64,000 nucleotides of DNA from the human T2T-CHM13v2.0 reference genome, Homo sapiens (GCF_009914755.1 NC_060926.1); one strand, 5' to 3'. Shown: positions 30,839-47,374, counted from the stretch's first letter. Numbers and translations: made by a program. Notes: generated by a model not told the origin, from the letters alone.

Positions 30839-31150
30839 GGCTGGGCGCAGTGGCTCATGCCTGTAATCCCAGCACTTTGGGAGGCTGAGGTGGGCGGATC
30901 ACGAGGTGAAGAGATCGAGACCATCCTGGCCAACATGGTGAAACCCCGTCTCTACTAAAAACACAAAAATTAGCTGGGCATGGTGCCACGTTCCTGTAGT
31001 CCCAGCTACTCAGGAGGCTGAGGCAGGAGAATTGGTTGAACCCGGGAGGCGGAGGTTGTAGTGAGCCAAGATCGTGCCACTGTACTGCAGCCTGGTGGCA
31101 GAGGGAGACCCCGTCTCAAAAAAAAAATAAATAAATAAAAATTAAAATTA
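30839..31150 (+). mobile_element. AluSc-like, full length
   Basis: GATCACGAGGTGAAGAGATCGAGACCATCCTGGCCAACATGG is Sc-like. Imperfect TSD aaactaggacagct / aaataagacagct. Confidence 0.93.
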
Positions 31151-31360
31151 AAAATAAGACAGCTAGGATATATAAGTTTTAAAGTCATGAAGGTTGTAAT
31201 TATATTCAAGTTAAGTTTTAAATCAATTTTTAAATCTCTAAGGCTATTTTGCACATTAAAGGTTGTAATGTAAAAATGGACTGACCACACCAATGATTTG
31301 CTTGAATCCAAATTATTAGATACATATAAATAGAAGAATTTCAATTGTCACTTTTATCTC

Positions 31361-31580
31361 AAAGAAAATATGAGTTTACTTTATTAGGACTATATAAAAA
31401 ATAATATATAATTATATATGAGTAATACATAAATAATATAATAAAGTAAACATGAATTTACTTTATTATGACTATATATAAGATATACAATATACAATAC
31501 AATATATAATATAATATATAATACAATAATATACAATTATTTTTATATATATATTAGAGTAGAGGAAATATATATATTTC
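31361..31580. repeat. AT-rich low-complexity tract containing a diverged duplication with an ~82-bp period
   Basis: aaagaaaatatgagtttactttattaggactatata (31361) versus aaagtaaacatgaatttactttattatgactatata (31443). Confidence 0.75.
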
Positions 31581-32997
31581 CAGGAAACCTGGACCCAGTT
31601 GATAAAGTTTTCCCTAACTACTTCTGATATTCCACTTATTTCCAACAGTTTCCAACCGTTGGTGATATAAGAATAAGAAATCTGAGAGTCAAATATCAAT
31701 TGCCAAGTCTAAATTAAAATCTGTTACATTATACGTAGCCAAAATAATAATACTGCAGTTATGTATGACCATTCTACCTGTACATAGAATGTAGAAGTAA
31801 TGCAAGTAAAATACTGGCTGTATTCATAATTATGTCCTCCTTCTATCTGTATAATTTGCAGTGTGCCAGAAAAACCCTCCCTCTCTCCCAATTCCTACTC
31901 ATGCTTCTTCTAAAATATCACATCCTGGAACTCATTAACATCATAATATGAATACATCTTTTAATTCACTTTTCTTCTTCATACTAATACACAAAACTGG
32001 AGAACTAGGTATGTCAAAAGATTGTAAGGGGCGAGAGAGAGAATATGTTAAGGCACTCTTGTTTAAATATAATTAAGGCAAACTTTGCCATGTTGAAAAC
32101 TTTGAAAAGAGAAACAACTAATAAACACAACAGAGCACTCCTTAATATATTTAAGCATTCAGGCAGATCTTAACACTAAGTATTTTACTCCATGTGTCAC
32201 AGGAATAAATTAGAATTTTAATTATTTTACAAGGCTAACTCCTAAAGCTACCTTGGAAACGATTTAGGCTATTGGATTTCTGCCACCTCCAAATACTATC
32301 TAATACATTAATAATGGTTGTGGTTACTCACATGTCCAAAGGAGGGATATTGTGTGATAAATAATTTCTGCTTGCTGACACACTCGTATTTTTTGTAGAT
32401 GAATTCTCCAGAGGTTTCATATTAATTAAGCCTGCTTTCGAAGATGAATTGGCTTATTTATAGTGCTGTGGCACTTAAAGACTGTAAGTTCTCCAAGGGC
32501 AGGATGATGTCTTAATAATTTTGGATTACTAGTGGCTAGTATAGGGATGAAAAATATTAAGTAATCATTAAATATTCACAAATTAATTCAGTAAGGCCTT
32601 ATTTACTATGTAATTGATTTACAACTTCGGCTTGTAGATAGATCCCAGGAAAGCAGAGGATGAGAGAAATGACTCCACTTAAAAAAATGCCCATATGCTA
32701 ATTGATGAAATCATTTATGTTCAGAAATAACTCATACTAAGTGATAGTTTGAAAATGGGAATTCCAACCAAGGAACAAACCTATAATAAGTTTAAGTCAG
32801 TAAATAAGCTAACTGTAACTTGTCTGCAGAAACAACACATTACCAGATGGAAGATAGCAAGAAATCTACAATGTGGGTGCCCAAGGAGCAATAATCTGTC
32901 CAGGTTGTAATCACCAAAGGATCAAGAACACTCTGGAACTCAAGGGATTGAGTTCTTACAATGGAGGTGGATGTCTTAAACCTGTGTAAGGGCTAGA

Positions 32998-33252
32998 TTT
33001 GGTAGCTGCTAGTCACATATGGCTAAATTAAAATTCAAATTAATTGCATTAGATTTTAATTAATTCAAATGAGTGTAAATTAAAATTAAGTAAGTGAAAT
33101 TCAAATGAGTGAAATAAAATTAAAGACTTAGTTCTTCAGTCTCACTAGCCACATTTCTAGTGATCAATAGTTGAATGTGCCTAATGGCTAACATATTTGA
33201 AAGATAGGACATTTCCATCCTCACAGAAAGTTTTATTGGACAGTGTTACATT
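32998..33252. mobile_element. MER3/MER33-like hAT-Charlie element
   Basis: gtagctgctagtcacatatggcta...cactagccacatttctagtgatcaatag...catttccatcctcacagaaagttttattggacagtg. Confidence 0.78.
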
Positions 33253-35058
33253 AGATCAAAGGTTTAAACTTACTTGTATTAGTATCACAATTTTGAATAA
33301 TACATTTATTATTGCTTTGTTTGAGAAGAATAAATCCCTCCTCTCTCTCTCTATCTCTCTCTCTCCCCCTCTCTCTCCTCCCCTCCCCTCAATAATTTAG
33401 GTAAAGTCATTTCTATTATACTGATACAGTATAACAGCACTTCTCAGAGTCTATAAAAGCTCCAATGGTTATCACATATTCTTTGATCTCCTGCTCCCTG
33501 TAACCATTTCTTCATATATTCAGAGGCAAATATTTGTAAGTCTCAGCAAATCTTTTGTTGCAACTCGGATATCATACCAGGCCTCTAGGGCCTCGTCTTT
33601 CTCAGAGTAAATAACACATTTTAAGTCCTGTTCAACACACACATACTTCTGGCATCCATTGCTGTAACAGTATGTATACTCACTTGTTATAATATGCAAG
33701 AAAAATATATTACACATATGGGCCAAAGTTGATACTGTACCTGTGAAATTTTCACAATGAAGCTGTGGACTGAAATCTATGAATTGAAAAATATTGCAAT
33801 AGACCTCTTCTCTTTATAAGAGACTGTTAAAATTATTCAACATATACCTGTTACTATAATTTTGTCCTCACTAACTAAAATTTTAATTGTCTTTTAGTTA
33901 CCTAGTTATAAAGTAAGCTTTTGAAATGGACAAAATATTCTAATCAGATGAAGCAAATAATATAGTTTGTATTTGTTTTCTGAGACTTAGTAACACATTC
34001 TGCTTGGTAGGCCAATCTCCATTAAGATTGCTTTAGGGTTGATTCCTAATTAACTCTTGTAAATTATCTGAATGTTCTAACTATGTCAAAGTGGTATAGT
34101 CTCAAGAAGCCTTTTCTGGACATCTTATCAGCTTCAGAATATACTGATACAATTTATTGACCATTCTTTATGCACCAACCACTGTCATTAGTTAAAAGAG
34201 AATAGTAATTTCCAGACTTCTAGAACATTTCCCTGTCCGGGAAAGACTGCCTCGTAACCCAGCTGTTGAGAAGTGTGACATCCCTGTTAGGGATAGAAAT
34301 TCCTAATCATTTGTCATTAGACAAATGAGAGGAGAAAACTCCCTTAGTCTGCAGAAAAGCCTCAAAATGTTAACATTCTTTCCATTGGAAAGACAGACAT
34401 AACAGCTTTGTTAATGGATTTCTTTGTGATTTAATACAACATATTAAAAGCAACACTTGTGACTCTTGAATAAAGAAGTGAATATTGTTTCGTGAAAATG
34501 GTCATTCATCATTAGTTATAAGAAGTCTGTTTGTAATTTGAAGTTTTAATTTAATTAGTGTCACATACTTGAAGGCTGCCTTGTGTCAACTGTTATAATG
34601 ACATGCTATCTGTTCCTTCTACAGAGTAGGTTGCTAACAAGCATTTCAACTGGAACAAAATGATAATGAGAAAAACAACAGAAGTGTTAATTACCTATGC
34701 AATTAGAGTGGCTTATACGTGCACTAGTGTAACATTCTACTGTATTTACATCTTTAATGACTGTTAATCTTCACATGAAAGTGTCTACTAGCATTATTTA
34801 TCACTCCACTGTTACATTACGGGAAGAGTTAATGACAGGCTGTATAGGATGTGGGCACCTAGCTTCAATCTAGCCAGACAATTTTTATAAAGTAGTCTAC
34901 TCTTTCAGGCTCTTTGTATTAGTATGTTATAATATAGATATGTTATACACTATACAAATTGCACTTTTGGACAGCTATATACAACAGAAAAAAAAATTTT
35001 ACTTCTCAAAATATCCTTTAAAGTCTAAATATTTCTTGTGTTTTTTATGTTATTAAAA

Positions 35059-35424
35059 AGTGCCCTTGGGAAAAAAATATTGTAAATTTTTAAGTATAGT
35101 ATGCTTTAAAAATTGAAACATAGTTCTAATTGCCTTTGGAATATATTATGTGTAAATGATGATTCTATGTTCCTTGAGATCAATTCCTCCTTCCTTTTCC
35201 TCTTTTGCCAATTCTAATGACATGGACTATACAAAGGTGATGCTTATTAAATGCTAGCTAACTAAAGTGACTTCTACAGAAGGTGTTTGATTCATCTCAA
35301 ATGGTTGTATGTTCATCGGAAGGGTTATTGCTGTTGAGATCAGATTATTACTTTTGAAAAATACAGTAAGTAAAATAATTTATTCATGCAGAAATTTTGC
35401 AGCATCTTGCCTAAAATGTTTAAC
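35059..35424 (+). repeat. Local direct duplication, copy 1
   Basis: Aligns by eye with 35995-36670 once the Alu is removed, roughly 80% identity. Confidence 0.92.
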
Positions 35425-35994
35425 AATGAATTTTGAAAATAAGATAGGACTCTGAAGACCTTTAAATTTTAAACATACATTACAGAAATATAAATACAGC
35501 TTACTATGGGAAAGATATACAAAAATGACTAACCCAGATTTTTGTTGTTGTCATTACTTGTTTAGCACAAAGATTTTATTATTAAACCAAAAATTAATGT
35601 ATGCTAAATGATTAAAACGAATTCAGTGTAATAACTTTGCAGCCAATAGTTTTAAAAAATGATGTAGATATTTTCCAATTACAAAATTATTCAAGCAAAA
35701 TTATTCATATCTGTGTGAGGAAAGGATATCTAATATAAATTCCTTTCCATTAAAACTAAATGCTAGATTTTTGCTTTTCTATGCAGTCACGCAGTAAAGC
35801 TTTCAGTGAATTCTCTTCAGGAGAGTACATATTTAGCATTCCAAAATTATGGGCCAGATTCATCATGGCATACATTAAAGTGCATTAGAAATATGGTACT
35901 CATATAAATATATTTAGATTGTATTATTTTGAAATGTTAGCTGTAGCTTTAAAAAAATATTATATAGTTTTTGAGTACCTACTATGTAACATTC

Positions 35995-36670
<676 letters not shown>

Positions 36671-38439
36671 ACTTTTCCAGAACTTGTTTAATTCATTTAT
36701 CAGAAGTTAGCTTCCATTCTTTCCAGTGTATAAAGAGAAAACTTACACTTAGCATAGCTAGGGAAGAAAAAGCTGCTTCAAATCTACATAGCTAGTGAAT
36801 GACACACTCAGATTTTTATACTCCAAGTTTACTTTAGGCTCCTGGAATTCTGGTATAGTTGTCTCTTGGTCTAAAAGACAATTATCCTGACACATCTCTG
36901 TTTTTTTTTTAAAGAACAGTTAAATACTTTTTGAAAATTATCAATAATTACTAGGAAGAGGCAAGTGTTTTCTTTTCAAAGAGTAAAAGATAACTGAACA
37001 CCTTGTTATTTTTAGAGCTCAAGTAGATTTTGTATATTAGGAAGGCGGAATGCATCTTCCTAACCATTACGATTGGTCACTTCCCCCTTAAATTGTATTT
37101 CTCATAGTCAGTGGAGGTTATGGAAAGATAATTTGTCCTGATATAAAGTGCTTTCTCCAACAATTAGAGAAATATAAAATGGAATCAACTTCCCCCTGAG
37201 ATTCCAATTTGCAGTCAGTGAGACACAGAGCATATTTACTGACAAGTCGTAGGGTTGGCATTTGCTAGGGCTATAAAGGGCATTTATTTGTACAGGAAAG
37301 GGATAATAATCTGGAATGACTTTGCAACTCCGGGTATCCATGTTTCCAATTTAGGGAGCTTTCAAAAATCATAACAGAGAAAGAAAGAAAGAAAGATACT
37401 TCCTCAAGCAAGAAATACAGCCCACTTGTATTGCATGGAAACTGGAGATATGCAAACTTGAAACAGCCCAAGATAAATATAACATTAATATTTCACTTAA
37501 AGCAGAAAATGAACAGATATTCATCAAAACTGATTTATTTAACATTGGGGTTGGGCAGGCTAGAGAACTGTCAAGGATGTTTGTGTCACTGTCATATGGC
37601 TGTGCTACTGAGCCTGTCTGGTAAACAGTAATCCCTGCCATTTGGCCAGCAACACGGAAACAATAGGGTGGTTGTCTGCCACCAGAGCTTCTTTGAGTGA
37701 TGCTTATGACTACTGTGATATTTTAGTTCCCACTGTTATTGTAAGTTTAAATCTTCTTTTAAAAATCTGAATGATTCAATATCTAAGTAGCCCTAAATGG
37801 TGGTACTAGAGCTCAAACAAACAAACAAAAAAAATGCCTTCCAAGTCAAACTTTGGAAGACGTGTTAAAAGTGAGAAAGCACCATCAAAATGTTGAAACA
37901 ACTGGACATTTAATTCAAGAGCAAATACACTGAGAAATATAAGTAACAGGGCTATAAAATAACAACATAGAATAAAGCAAAAGTGTACTGTAATGGTTGT
38001 AGAATTAAATATTTTAAGAATATTACCCATTCTTTATATTCATTCTTATAGGAAAATTATCCATAAGTAACACAAATTTTGATTTACACAAGGTGTTAAA
38101 GAACAGATCTTGGAACTGCACTGTATTAGACTAATATTTTTAGGACAACTAAATGACTTCATGAAGCAATAAATGATATAACTTATGATCAGTTTCACAA
38201 ACTATTTCAACCTTTTGTCCTCTATCATTTAGAAAACTCAGTAGAAGAGATAAGGAGAAAAGCCAAATTCAAGAACTATTTGGGGACCAAAAAATGACAA
38301 TTCAGAAAAAAAAGTACTCTTTCTCATTTCTATTAACTTCTTAATCTGAAATCTCAACCATAAAGCAAAAGATAATGAATTCATGTTAGAAAATTGCTTC
38401 ATTAAAAACATAGTCCTAGGTTATGAGTTTGGCAATACA

Positions 38440-38440
<1 letters not shown>

Positions 38441-38480
<40 letters not shown>
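38441..38480. repeat. (AC)20 microsatellite
   Basis: Read directly from the sequence. Confidence 0.95.
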
Positions 38481-38482
<2 letters not shown>

Positions 38483-38929
38483 CCCACAGTCATTTGATGA
38501 TATTTCTATATATATACACATATATGTATGTGCAGAAATACATACGAAATTTAATAACTCCATGCATTACTATTCCTAAAACCCTTTTTTACACAAAAAT
38601 GCCGTCTCTCTCAAAAGAAAGAATTTCCATTTGAGCATTTATATCTTCCAGTTCCAATCTCAGCAAAACAATGATTTTTTAAAATCCTAAGTTCCTTGGA
38701 TTTAGGCTGTATTTTATGTTTACAAATATTATCGCACACCTTTTTCCTTTTACCAGCAGGTGTGTTGGGTAGGTAAAACATACTTTTCATTTTATGAAAG
38801 AGGAAAATAAGCCTTGAGTAAAATCTAAAGTCCTTCCCCTATTCATGAAATCCTTCTTCCAGAACTCTTATCCCTGATGCATTAAAGATTCTGAAGCTCA
38901 CTGAATACAGCACTCTCTGTGCTCAAAAA

Positions 38930-39120
38930 CAACCTTTTCAGAGAGGCCTTCTAGAACCACCTTATCTAAAATAACATTTCCATCATGTTGCCTGCTCAGT
39001 TACTGATTTCTTCCATTATCCTGACTTATTTCTTTTTAGTATTTTCACCATCCTTACATTATACATTTACTTGTATTTCTATTATCCCATCTTTCCCCTT
39101 GCAACATACCTTCCTTGTCT

Positions 39121-39158
<38 letters not shown>

Positions 39159-39270
39159 CACACACAAACATACACACAAGCTCCATAGAATAAGAACTTT
39201 TTAAATTTAAGACAGAGAGTGGAGAATAGAGTCTAGTACTCATTAGACCCTCAGTTAATGATTCAATGAT
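38930..39270 (+). mobile_element. L2 3'-end relic with an embedded (CA)n at 39123-39177
   Basis: ccttttcagagaggccttct...accaccttatctaaaata is L2-like. The CA repeat is read directly. Confidence 0.6.
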
Positions 39271-40532
39271 CTGTCTTTCTTAAGGTAATAAGGTTAGAGT
39301 AGCTAGAGCTTTAAACTCAGTTTCTTGACCCCAAGGTTCAAGGTTTCCTCTACTACACAGCATAGAGCTGTCGTGCCCTCAAGGGATTGGACTGGGAAGA
39401 GTATGAAAATATGTGGTGCAGTTATAAAAGTATATGAAATCTTTTCTTACTGACTTAATTATAATTTATATGTCTCTAATATGTACTTTGTGGCTGACTA
39501 ATTAGGGATACAATCTTTTGTCTTCAATCAAAACAGAAATTTCACAATTTTATGAGCACAAACACCTGGCTTATCTACCATAATCCATCTTCCTCACAGA
39601 CAACATCCTAACCGGTGAAGGATTTTCACTTAATCACAATGCAAGGTATATATTTTTTTAGATTCATGTTTGAAATCAGTAGCAGCTGTCCACTTCAATA
39701 TTTTAGGGAGGATTCCACTTAAATATTTCTCTATTTTAAAATTAAAAACTCAAATATCTGTCAAGATAGTTTCAGGATGCAGAAGACTTCTTTCTAACCT
39801 CTGTTTTGTTGTAAAATATGTTGTGTTGGTAAAACATTCGAAATTTAAATGATGAATTTTCACTGCCAGAATAAGTTACAGCTTTTATTTAGTCAGCTTG
39901 CTATTCCAAAACCTTGTGTGCTTGCTCAGTGCGTAAACTACTCGCAGACTCTCCACTGTGGCCTAACAATATTTTTGGTGAGTCCTATATGAATATTCTA
40001 GCAAATAAAAAAGGCTTTCTTTCAGTCAAAAGAATGGCTTTAACTCTATTTGTGTTTCAATTTTTAGTCCTATGAGAGGCAGAAGTAGTTTTATACTTTC
40101 CAGTTGACTTTGAGCTAATGGATTATTTCCCTGTGAACACTACAAACAAATTTTCTTATAAGAGGCATTTTTCCTAGTAAGTCATAAATTAATGGATCAG
40201 ACACTTAGAGAATTTCCAGTCAACTGGGCACACTTAAACATTTTAGTTAACAAATACATAGGTAAAATAATAATCACATACAGAAAAAAGAAATGCAAAA
40301 GATGCACAATTTCCCCTCTTTACTACAGAAGAGTACATTAATTTACTCCATACGGAATGGAAATTTTCATCAACATATGCCCTACCCTCTCTGTGTACCT
40401 TAATAACAACAATCATGACAAATAGGTAAAATTTATCATGTTTATTAAGCCTTCGCCATGTATTATGAACTGCACTAAGTACTTCATACAACAGTTCGGG
40501 GGAGGTGAGTATTGTCGTACTAATATGGAAGA

Positions 40533-40934
40533 TTGCTGATTGCCTTAGGTGTGTTCTCTCCTCCCTCCAGGGCACACAGCCATTCACATTTTCTTCTCCC
40601 TTTTGCAGCCCTATGTGGCCATGATGCTAAGTTCCCAAAAGCGTGAGCAGACCTTATACACATAACTTCTCAGGCATCTTCTAAAAATATTTACTCCAGA
40701 CTCACTGTTCCTTTCTGTCTCAGTGTCAAAAAATGGAAATGATTGGAGTGACCTGAGGTATCATATTGAGAATGGCAGAGCTCCCTCCAGCTTAGTTCCT
40801 GAATGACTTCATGGAGCTGAGCACACCTGTTAGACACAAACTGTTATGTAAAAGGGAAATTTATATTTCATGTGAACTCCTGTATTTTAGGATTTGCTCA
40901 TTACAGCAGTTTAGCTTTTAGCTTAGTGAATACA
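40533..40934 (+). mobile_element. MLT1 (J/K-like) MaLR solo LTR inserted in a minus-strand MIR
   Basis: ttcctgaatgacttcatggagc and the 3' end ttacagcagtttagc...gaataca are MLT1-like. MIR-like sequence on both sides (~40420-40530, ~40945-40990). Confidence 0.65.
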
Positions 40935-42841
40935 CTTGATAATACACCTGAAGGTGAGAAAAGCACTGTTACTTGCTCAAGATTATACAGAGTATCCTAC
41001 ACATAGTACATCTTCAGTTAAAAAAAAAATCCACAAAACTTTGAGTAATTGACCAAGGACAGATCAAAAGTAGACCTGGCTGAATGTAATATGGATTTTA
41101 ACATTCAAATCTTTAAAATCAATCCCATACTGTGTCTTTCTAAGTACTCTAGGACAGCAAATAGCCAAATAAACTAGATCATCTTGATCTATACATTACC
41201 GCATTAAAGAAAGCCAGGAACTCCTAAAACTATCAAAATAATTAATATTTGGGATAACATAAATTTTATTCCTATATCTGTCCTACAATGTGTCTACCTC
41301 CATTATAATTCTCTTAGCTCCTTAGCCTCAGCAGTTAGAACTGAAACTGATAGACAGGTTATCCTTGATAAATGTGTTTTCTTTTAAAAAGAATGTTAAT
41401 ATCTCTAGATAGCTAAGGTTCAGTATATAAATTTTAAAAACCAAAGAAGGCTAACTTTGAATAGAAAAGTAGGGTTATAATAGCTTTAATTTGATTATAA
41501 TTATCTAACTTTTTTCCAGAATTTTTTAAAGTTATGACTTAATAACCATCATCTTGGCTTTTCTAGAAATTAATTCCTTAATTTTAAGTTATTTTAATTT
41601 CAATTTTTTTCTAAATGAATGACTGTGAAAGATAAAATATTAAATGACTTTAAAAATGTATAATATTATGAACATTGACTTGCTTAAACTCTTGTAAGAT
41701 TTATATTCATAGTAAAAATAAAATCTAAATTCTATTGACTTTTAGATGTATTATCTAGCCAGGACAATATTATACTACTTATCAAAACTAGCTTTATTCT
41801 TTGGTATTAAAATTAGCATTGAGTTTTATTTAATATCTGCATTTTTATGACAGATAACTAGTTATGCAAGTAGGTAATTAAAGAAGTAGACACCATGATT
41901 CTCAAAGATTTAACTCTAGACCATTATTTATTTATTTTTTGTTTTTTAAAGGACAAACTTAAAGTCTCTTGTGCTTAAAAATAAAATAAAATAAAATAAA
42001 ATCACACTCCAGATAGGGCCTTTCAGGGAAGGATCTCAGTTCACAAAGTAAAGGCTCTTCTAATTTAGACCTTCTAAATGGAGGCTGGAACCTTCTGGAC
42101 TGGTCGTGGAGGAAGTCCATTTTACATCTCCCCATAAAATGGTCATCAGTTGTTAAACTGTAGGAAGTATCCACTGAATTCTTATAATTGTTTCCTTGGC
42201 ATCCATTTTAAAGTTAAGTTCAACAGTCATACCAGAAGCAGGGCTTAGTCACCTATGTATAGTTTCTGAGACTCTGCCTCCTCTCAGTTCCTCAGTGTGG
42301 TCATTCTGGATATCCACATTATAAACTGCCCCCTGGTGACGACCTTACCTATGGGACAGCTATATATAACCTACTTGACTTGCTCCACTGACCCCCTCAA
42401 CCCTCATGGACTACACTGATCATGCCATTTTGATGACCTCTCAGTCACCCTGTGACCCCATAGAGCTGGAGCCTGCTTGCTCTAAACCTACCAGTTGGAA
42501 CTCCCCAAGGGAAATCTGGTTAGGTAATACCCCAGACTTCAATAAAGGCTTAGCCCCTTGGATTTCTCCCTCTCTATCTTGCTCTCCATCCACAGGATCT
42601 TGTTGAACATGCATGTTCTAGTTGGGCCCCCCTTTCTCGTTGGCCCTGCAAGGTGTGCTGTGCTCACGTCTCTGGGATGCTTCTGTTATTGCATGTGTTT
42701 TGTTGTGTTGTCTCCTCTGTGTCTCACCTGAGTGGCCAAACCTAACTTCTTCTTATATCAGGGTTCTCCTAGAGAGTGGCTATCGTGGTAGATATAAGCT
42801 GGGCACAGGTCAGAAAAGAGCCATAACGGTACATGCAAGTA

Positions 42842-43178
42842 CAGATGTTCCGAAAATTATGATAAGGTTATATCCCAATAAAACCATCATAAGTTGAAAA
42901 TATTATAAGTCAAAATTGCATTTAATACACCTAACCTACTGAACAGCATAGCTTAATTTAGCCTCCTTTAAACATGTTATGAACACTTACGTTAGCCTAC
43001 AGTTGGGCAAAATTATCTGAAACAAATCTATTTTATAATAAGGTGTTTCATATCTCATCTAATTAACTGGATACTATCCTGAAAGTAAAAAACACAGAAT
43101 GATTGTTTGGTTATTTGAAGTACAGTTTCTACTGAATGAATATTGCTTTTGCACCATCAGTAAGTCAGGGGCCATCTG
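42842..43178 (+). mobile_element. MER47A-like TcMar-Tigger element
   Basis: Termini CAGATG...CATCTG flanked by a TA duplication. Internal gcatttaatacacctaacctactgaac...gcctacagttgggcaaaat. Confidence 0.85.
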
Positions 43179-43264
43179 TATAAACAAGTTTCTTTTGAGA
43201 GGAAACCTGGTCATGGGTCAGACACTTAGGCGTTAGGCCACCCACCAGGATAAAGAAATATTCC

Positions 43265-43637
<373 letters not shown>

Positions 43638-44821
43638 TTAAAGTTTACATCCACTCTCTATAGAAAAATATCAAGACCAAATTAGAAAGCAAATAATTCA
43701 ATAAGGTGATTTTGCATTTTTATTTGCTGGAAAACATTGGTAATAAAATATCAACAATTGTTACTTAAAATTGCAAAATACTAGATATTTAACAAATATT
43801 TATTTGCCAATAAGAAAAAATGACATTTCTCATCTGACCACTTACTCTAGGAAACATTTCACCTTAAAAATTCTGACAGTAAATTTTTACTGGGGCTTTA
43901 CATTCTGAATAGTAAGACTACTCATAAAGATATGTATGTATTTCTTAAGATTCTGAAGGCTAGTGTACAAGGGGAAATGATATGATATGATACACAACTA
44001 GTTTGACATTTATAAGAATAAAAAGTTTATTATGGCTAACTAAACAAAATGTTAATGAGTGAGAAGTAACATTAATATGAACGCCCAAGTGAACTGTACT
44101 AAAGAATGTTCTCATGCATAGAACGGTGGGTTTACATCTATCAGAATGTGAAAAGAGAGAAAAACTTACATTCAGCTTTTGGTAAGACTCATATTTGGTA
44201 GAAATAGAATACTTTAAAAAATATATATTGTCTGTGATGATTAAATCAAGGCTTTGTTAATACAGACAGAAGACAATTCAGGGGCAGCACCTCTTGGTTA
44301 ATATTTTTTTTGGAGTAATGTGATGCTTCAATTATCATTACAGAGATTTCATCTAAAATCTAGGCCAAACCACATCCATTTCTCAGGAAACTGTTTCTGG
44401 CCACATTTCTATGATTTGGCTTCAGGAATTTCTCAAAGGTTACAAGAGCCTTCAGGGACATTTGCTTTGTACATTTCTCTTTCTATAACACTCAGAAGCA
44501 TTTCAAAGATGTTGATTTCTATCTCCAAATCCCCATAGTAAGCTGAAATATAAAATATTGATTATACTCAAATCTCCTCTTTATATACCTGATAATGAAC
44601 TGTTCTGATTATCTAACCAAACCATCATTGATATTCTAAATACTAATCATAATGTTAGATCACACAAGATTTTCGGCTTAGATTTAAATGTTACAGATCT
44701 AAACTATTATTTTCCTGGGCTACCTTTTGTTGAGCAAATGTATTTATTCTAATAAAAATGGAAAAGTAATGGGCTCAATCCAATATGATTTGTTTTCACT
44801 AAACCTTGTTAAAAAATTTTA

Positions 44822-45242
<421 letters not shown>

Positions 45243-45246
45243 CGTC

Positions 45247-45281
<35 letters not shown>

Positions 45282-45519
45282 AAAAAAACAAAGTAAATCA
45301 ATGAAATAATTTAATTATTATTTTCTTAAGTAGAAGTCAAATTCTCTTTCTCCAACCTTGTATGGCTACAGCATAAATATGTCTACCCTTTTATGTTCTG
45401 TTTACATGAGGTACTATTTTCATTGTAATTTTTAAGTTAGCAAAACAAAACGTGCATTTAATAGATGTTCTTTTCTTTCTGTGGCCTTTAGATTGACCAT
45501 GTCTTAGAAGGACAAGAAT

Positions 45520-45581
45520 ACACACACACACACACACACACACATACACACACACACACACACATACACACACACACACAC
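45520..45581. repeat. (CA)n microsatellite with two TA interruptions
   Basis: Read directly from the sequence. Confidence 0.95.
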
Positions 45582-46225
45582 CTTAAAATGGTGTTGAGAA
45601 AGATAGCTGGATTTCGATCTCAGACCTCTGAGTTCTGATGCTAATCTTTCCCCCAAGGCAAACTCCTGGTTTAACCCCTCAGCCTTACTGCTGCTCAGTG
45701 CCTCACTGTTAGAAGTGTTGATGGTGTATTCTCACAGAGCGGGGATTCTGTCTGTGGAAATCACTAGGTATGCAATACATGGGAATATTCTACATGCAAT
45801 ACTGGACCTGATTATAGAAGATCTTTGATTAACAGGAATCCCATCTTCTGAAAACCTCAATTAAATTTTAATTATGTCTGAGTTTCTCTTTAACATTAGG
45901 CAAAATGCAAAAAATAAAAAAATAAATAACATTGTAACTGGTGTATTTGTTTAAAAGAAAAGTCCAGACCATCTTCTTCAATGTTTACCCATCAAGAAGT
46001 TAGTCAACATAGGGAATCGTGATCACAAGGAACTACCAGGCTTTTACCAAAGATGTTTCATTTATATCTAGAAAAGCTTACTTCCTAAGATATGACAGGA
46101 ACTATTATAATAAAGAAAATTTCATTTAAAGGATGTGGGAAAGCTTTTGTAAAATCAAAAAGTAATTATAAACTCCTTTCTTTTGAAGCAAACTTTATAC
46201 TGGTAAAAATTCTTTTTGATGGCTC

Positions 46226-46400
46226 TCATGTATTCACTCAACAAATATTTACTGAGCTCAAAACTATGTGTCATCACTAGAAATGAGGAGATAAGCTAAA
46301 GAAGACCTGGCATGTTCCCTGACATTATGACATTTACAAAACTGTGCGAAAGGTAGACATTAATCAAATAATCTGGTAGATAATGTAGGTTATAAATTGA
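46226..46400 (-). mobile_element. L2 3'-end relic
   Basis: tcatgtattcactcaacaaatatttactgagc is the typical reverse-complement L2 end. Confidence 0.7.
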
Positions 46401-46904
46401 GCAAGGTTATCTTTAAAAAAAAAAGTCTTTAAATTGCAGGCATGGGTCTGAAGCTGAAAACTGTAACCATGATGAAGGCAAAGGAAAGAGCAGAGAGCTC
46501 GGTAGACAGAGGAAGGAGCCTGTCCTCAGACAGGCCCAAAAGTGAGTGTGTGTGGGAGTTTGTGCTAATGTTCAGTAGGTGGAAGCTCAGGGATTTCCAC
46601 TGTATTCTTAAGGTGAAGTCAGAGATTTGGTGAGTAAAAATGGTTAATAAATTATATATATATTTATATAATCATTCTTAACGATTTCTTAGTGATTAAA
46701 ATTGTTTTGAATATAGGCTACTTTATTTCTCACAGCAAATATTAGTGACAATGTCAAGTGAAGAAATTTCACTTTGGGTGTTTTCCCCAAGCAAAAATGT
46801 GTTGCTACAGAGAACTCACATAAAACTTAAAGCAGAGGCTAAAAAATTGATCTTGTCGTTTTTAAAGTGTTTGGATTTTTTCCCATGATATTTTAGTGTC
46901 CTCA

Positions 46905-47374
<470 letters not shown>

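Noticed and set aside
35155-35340. Box C-like ATGATGA kept in both duplication copies, suggesting tandem snoRNAs
   Set aside because: There is no shared box D at a suitable distance and no terminal stem, and the motif is on the strand opposite to the host gene.
37040-37090. CCAAT-like and ETS-like motifs suggesting an internal promoter
   Set aside because: Short motifs only, with no CpG island or other support.
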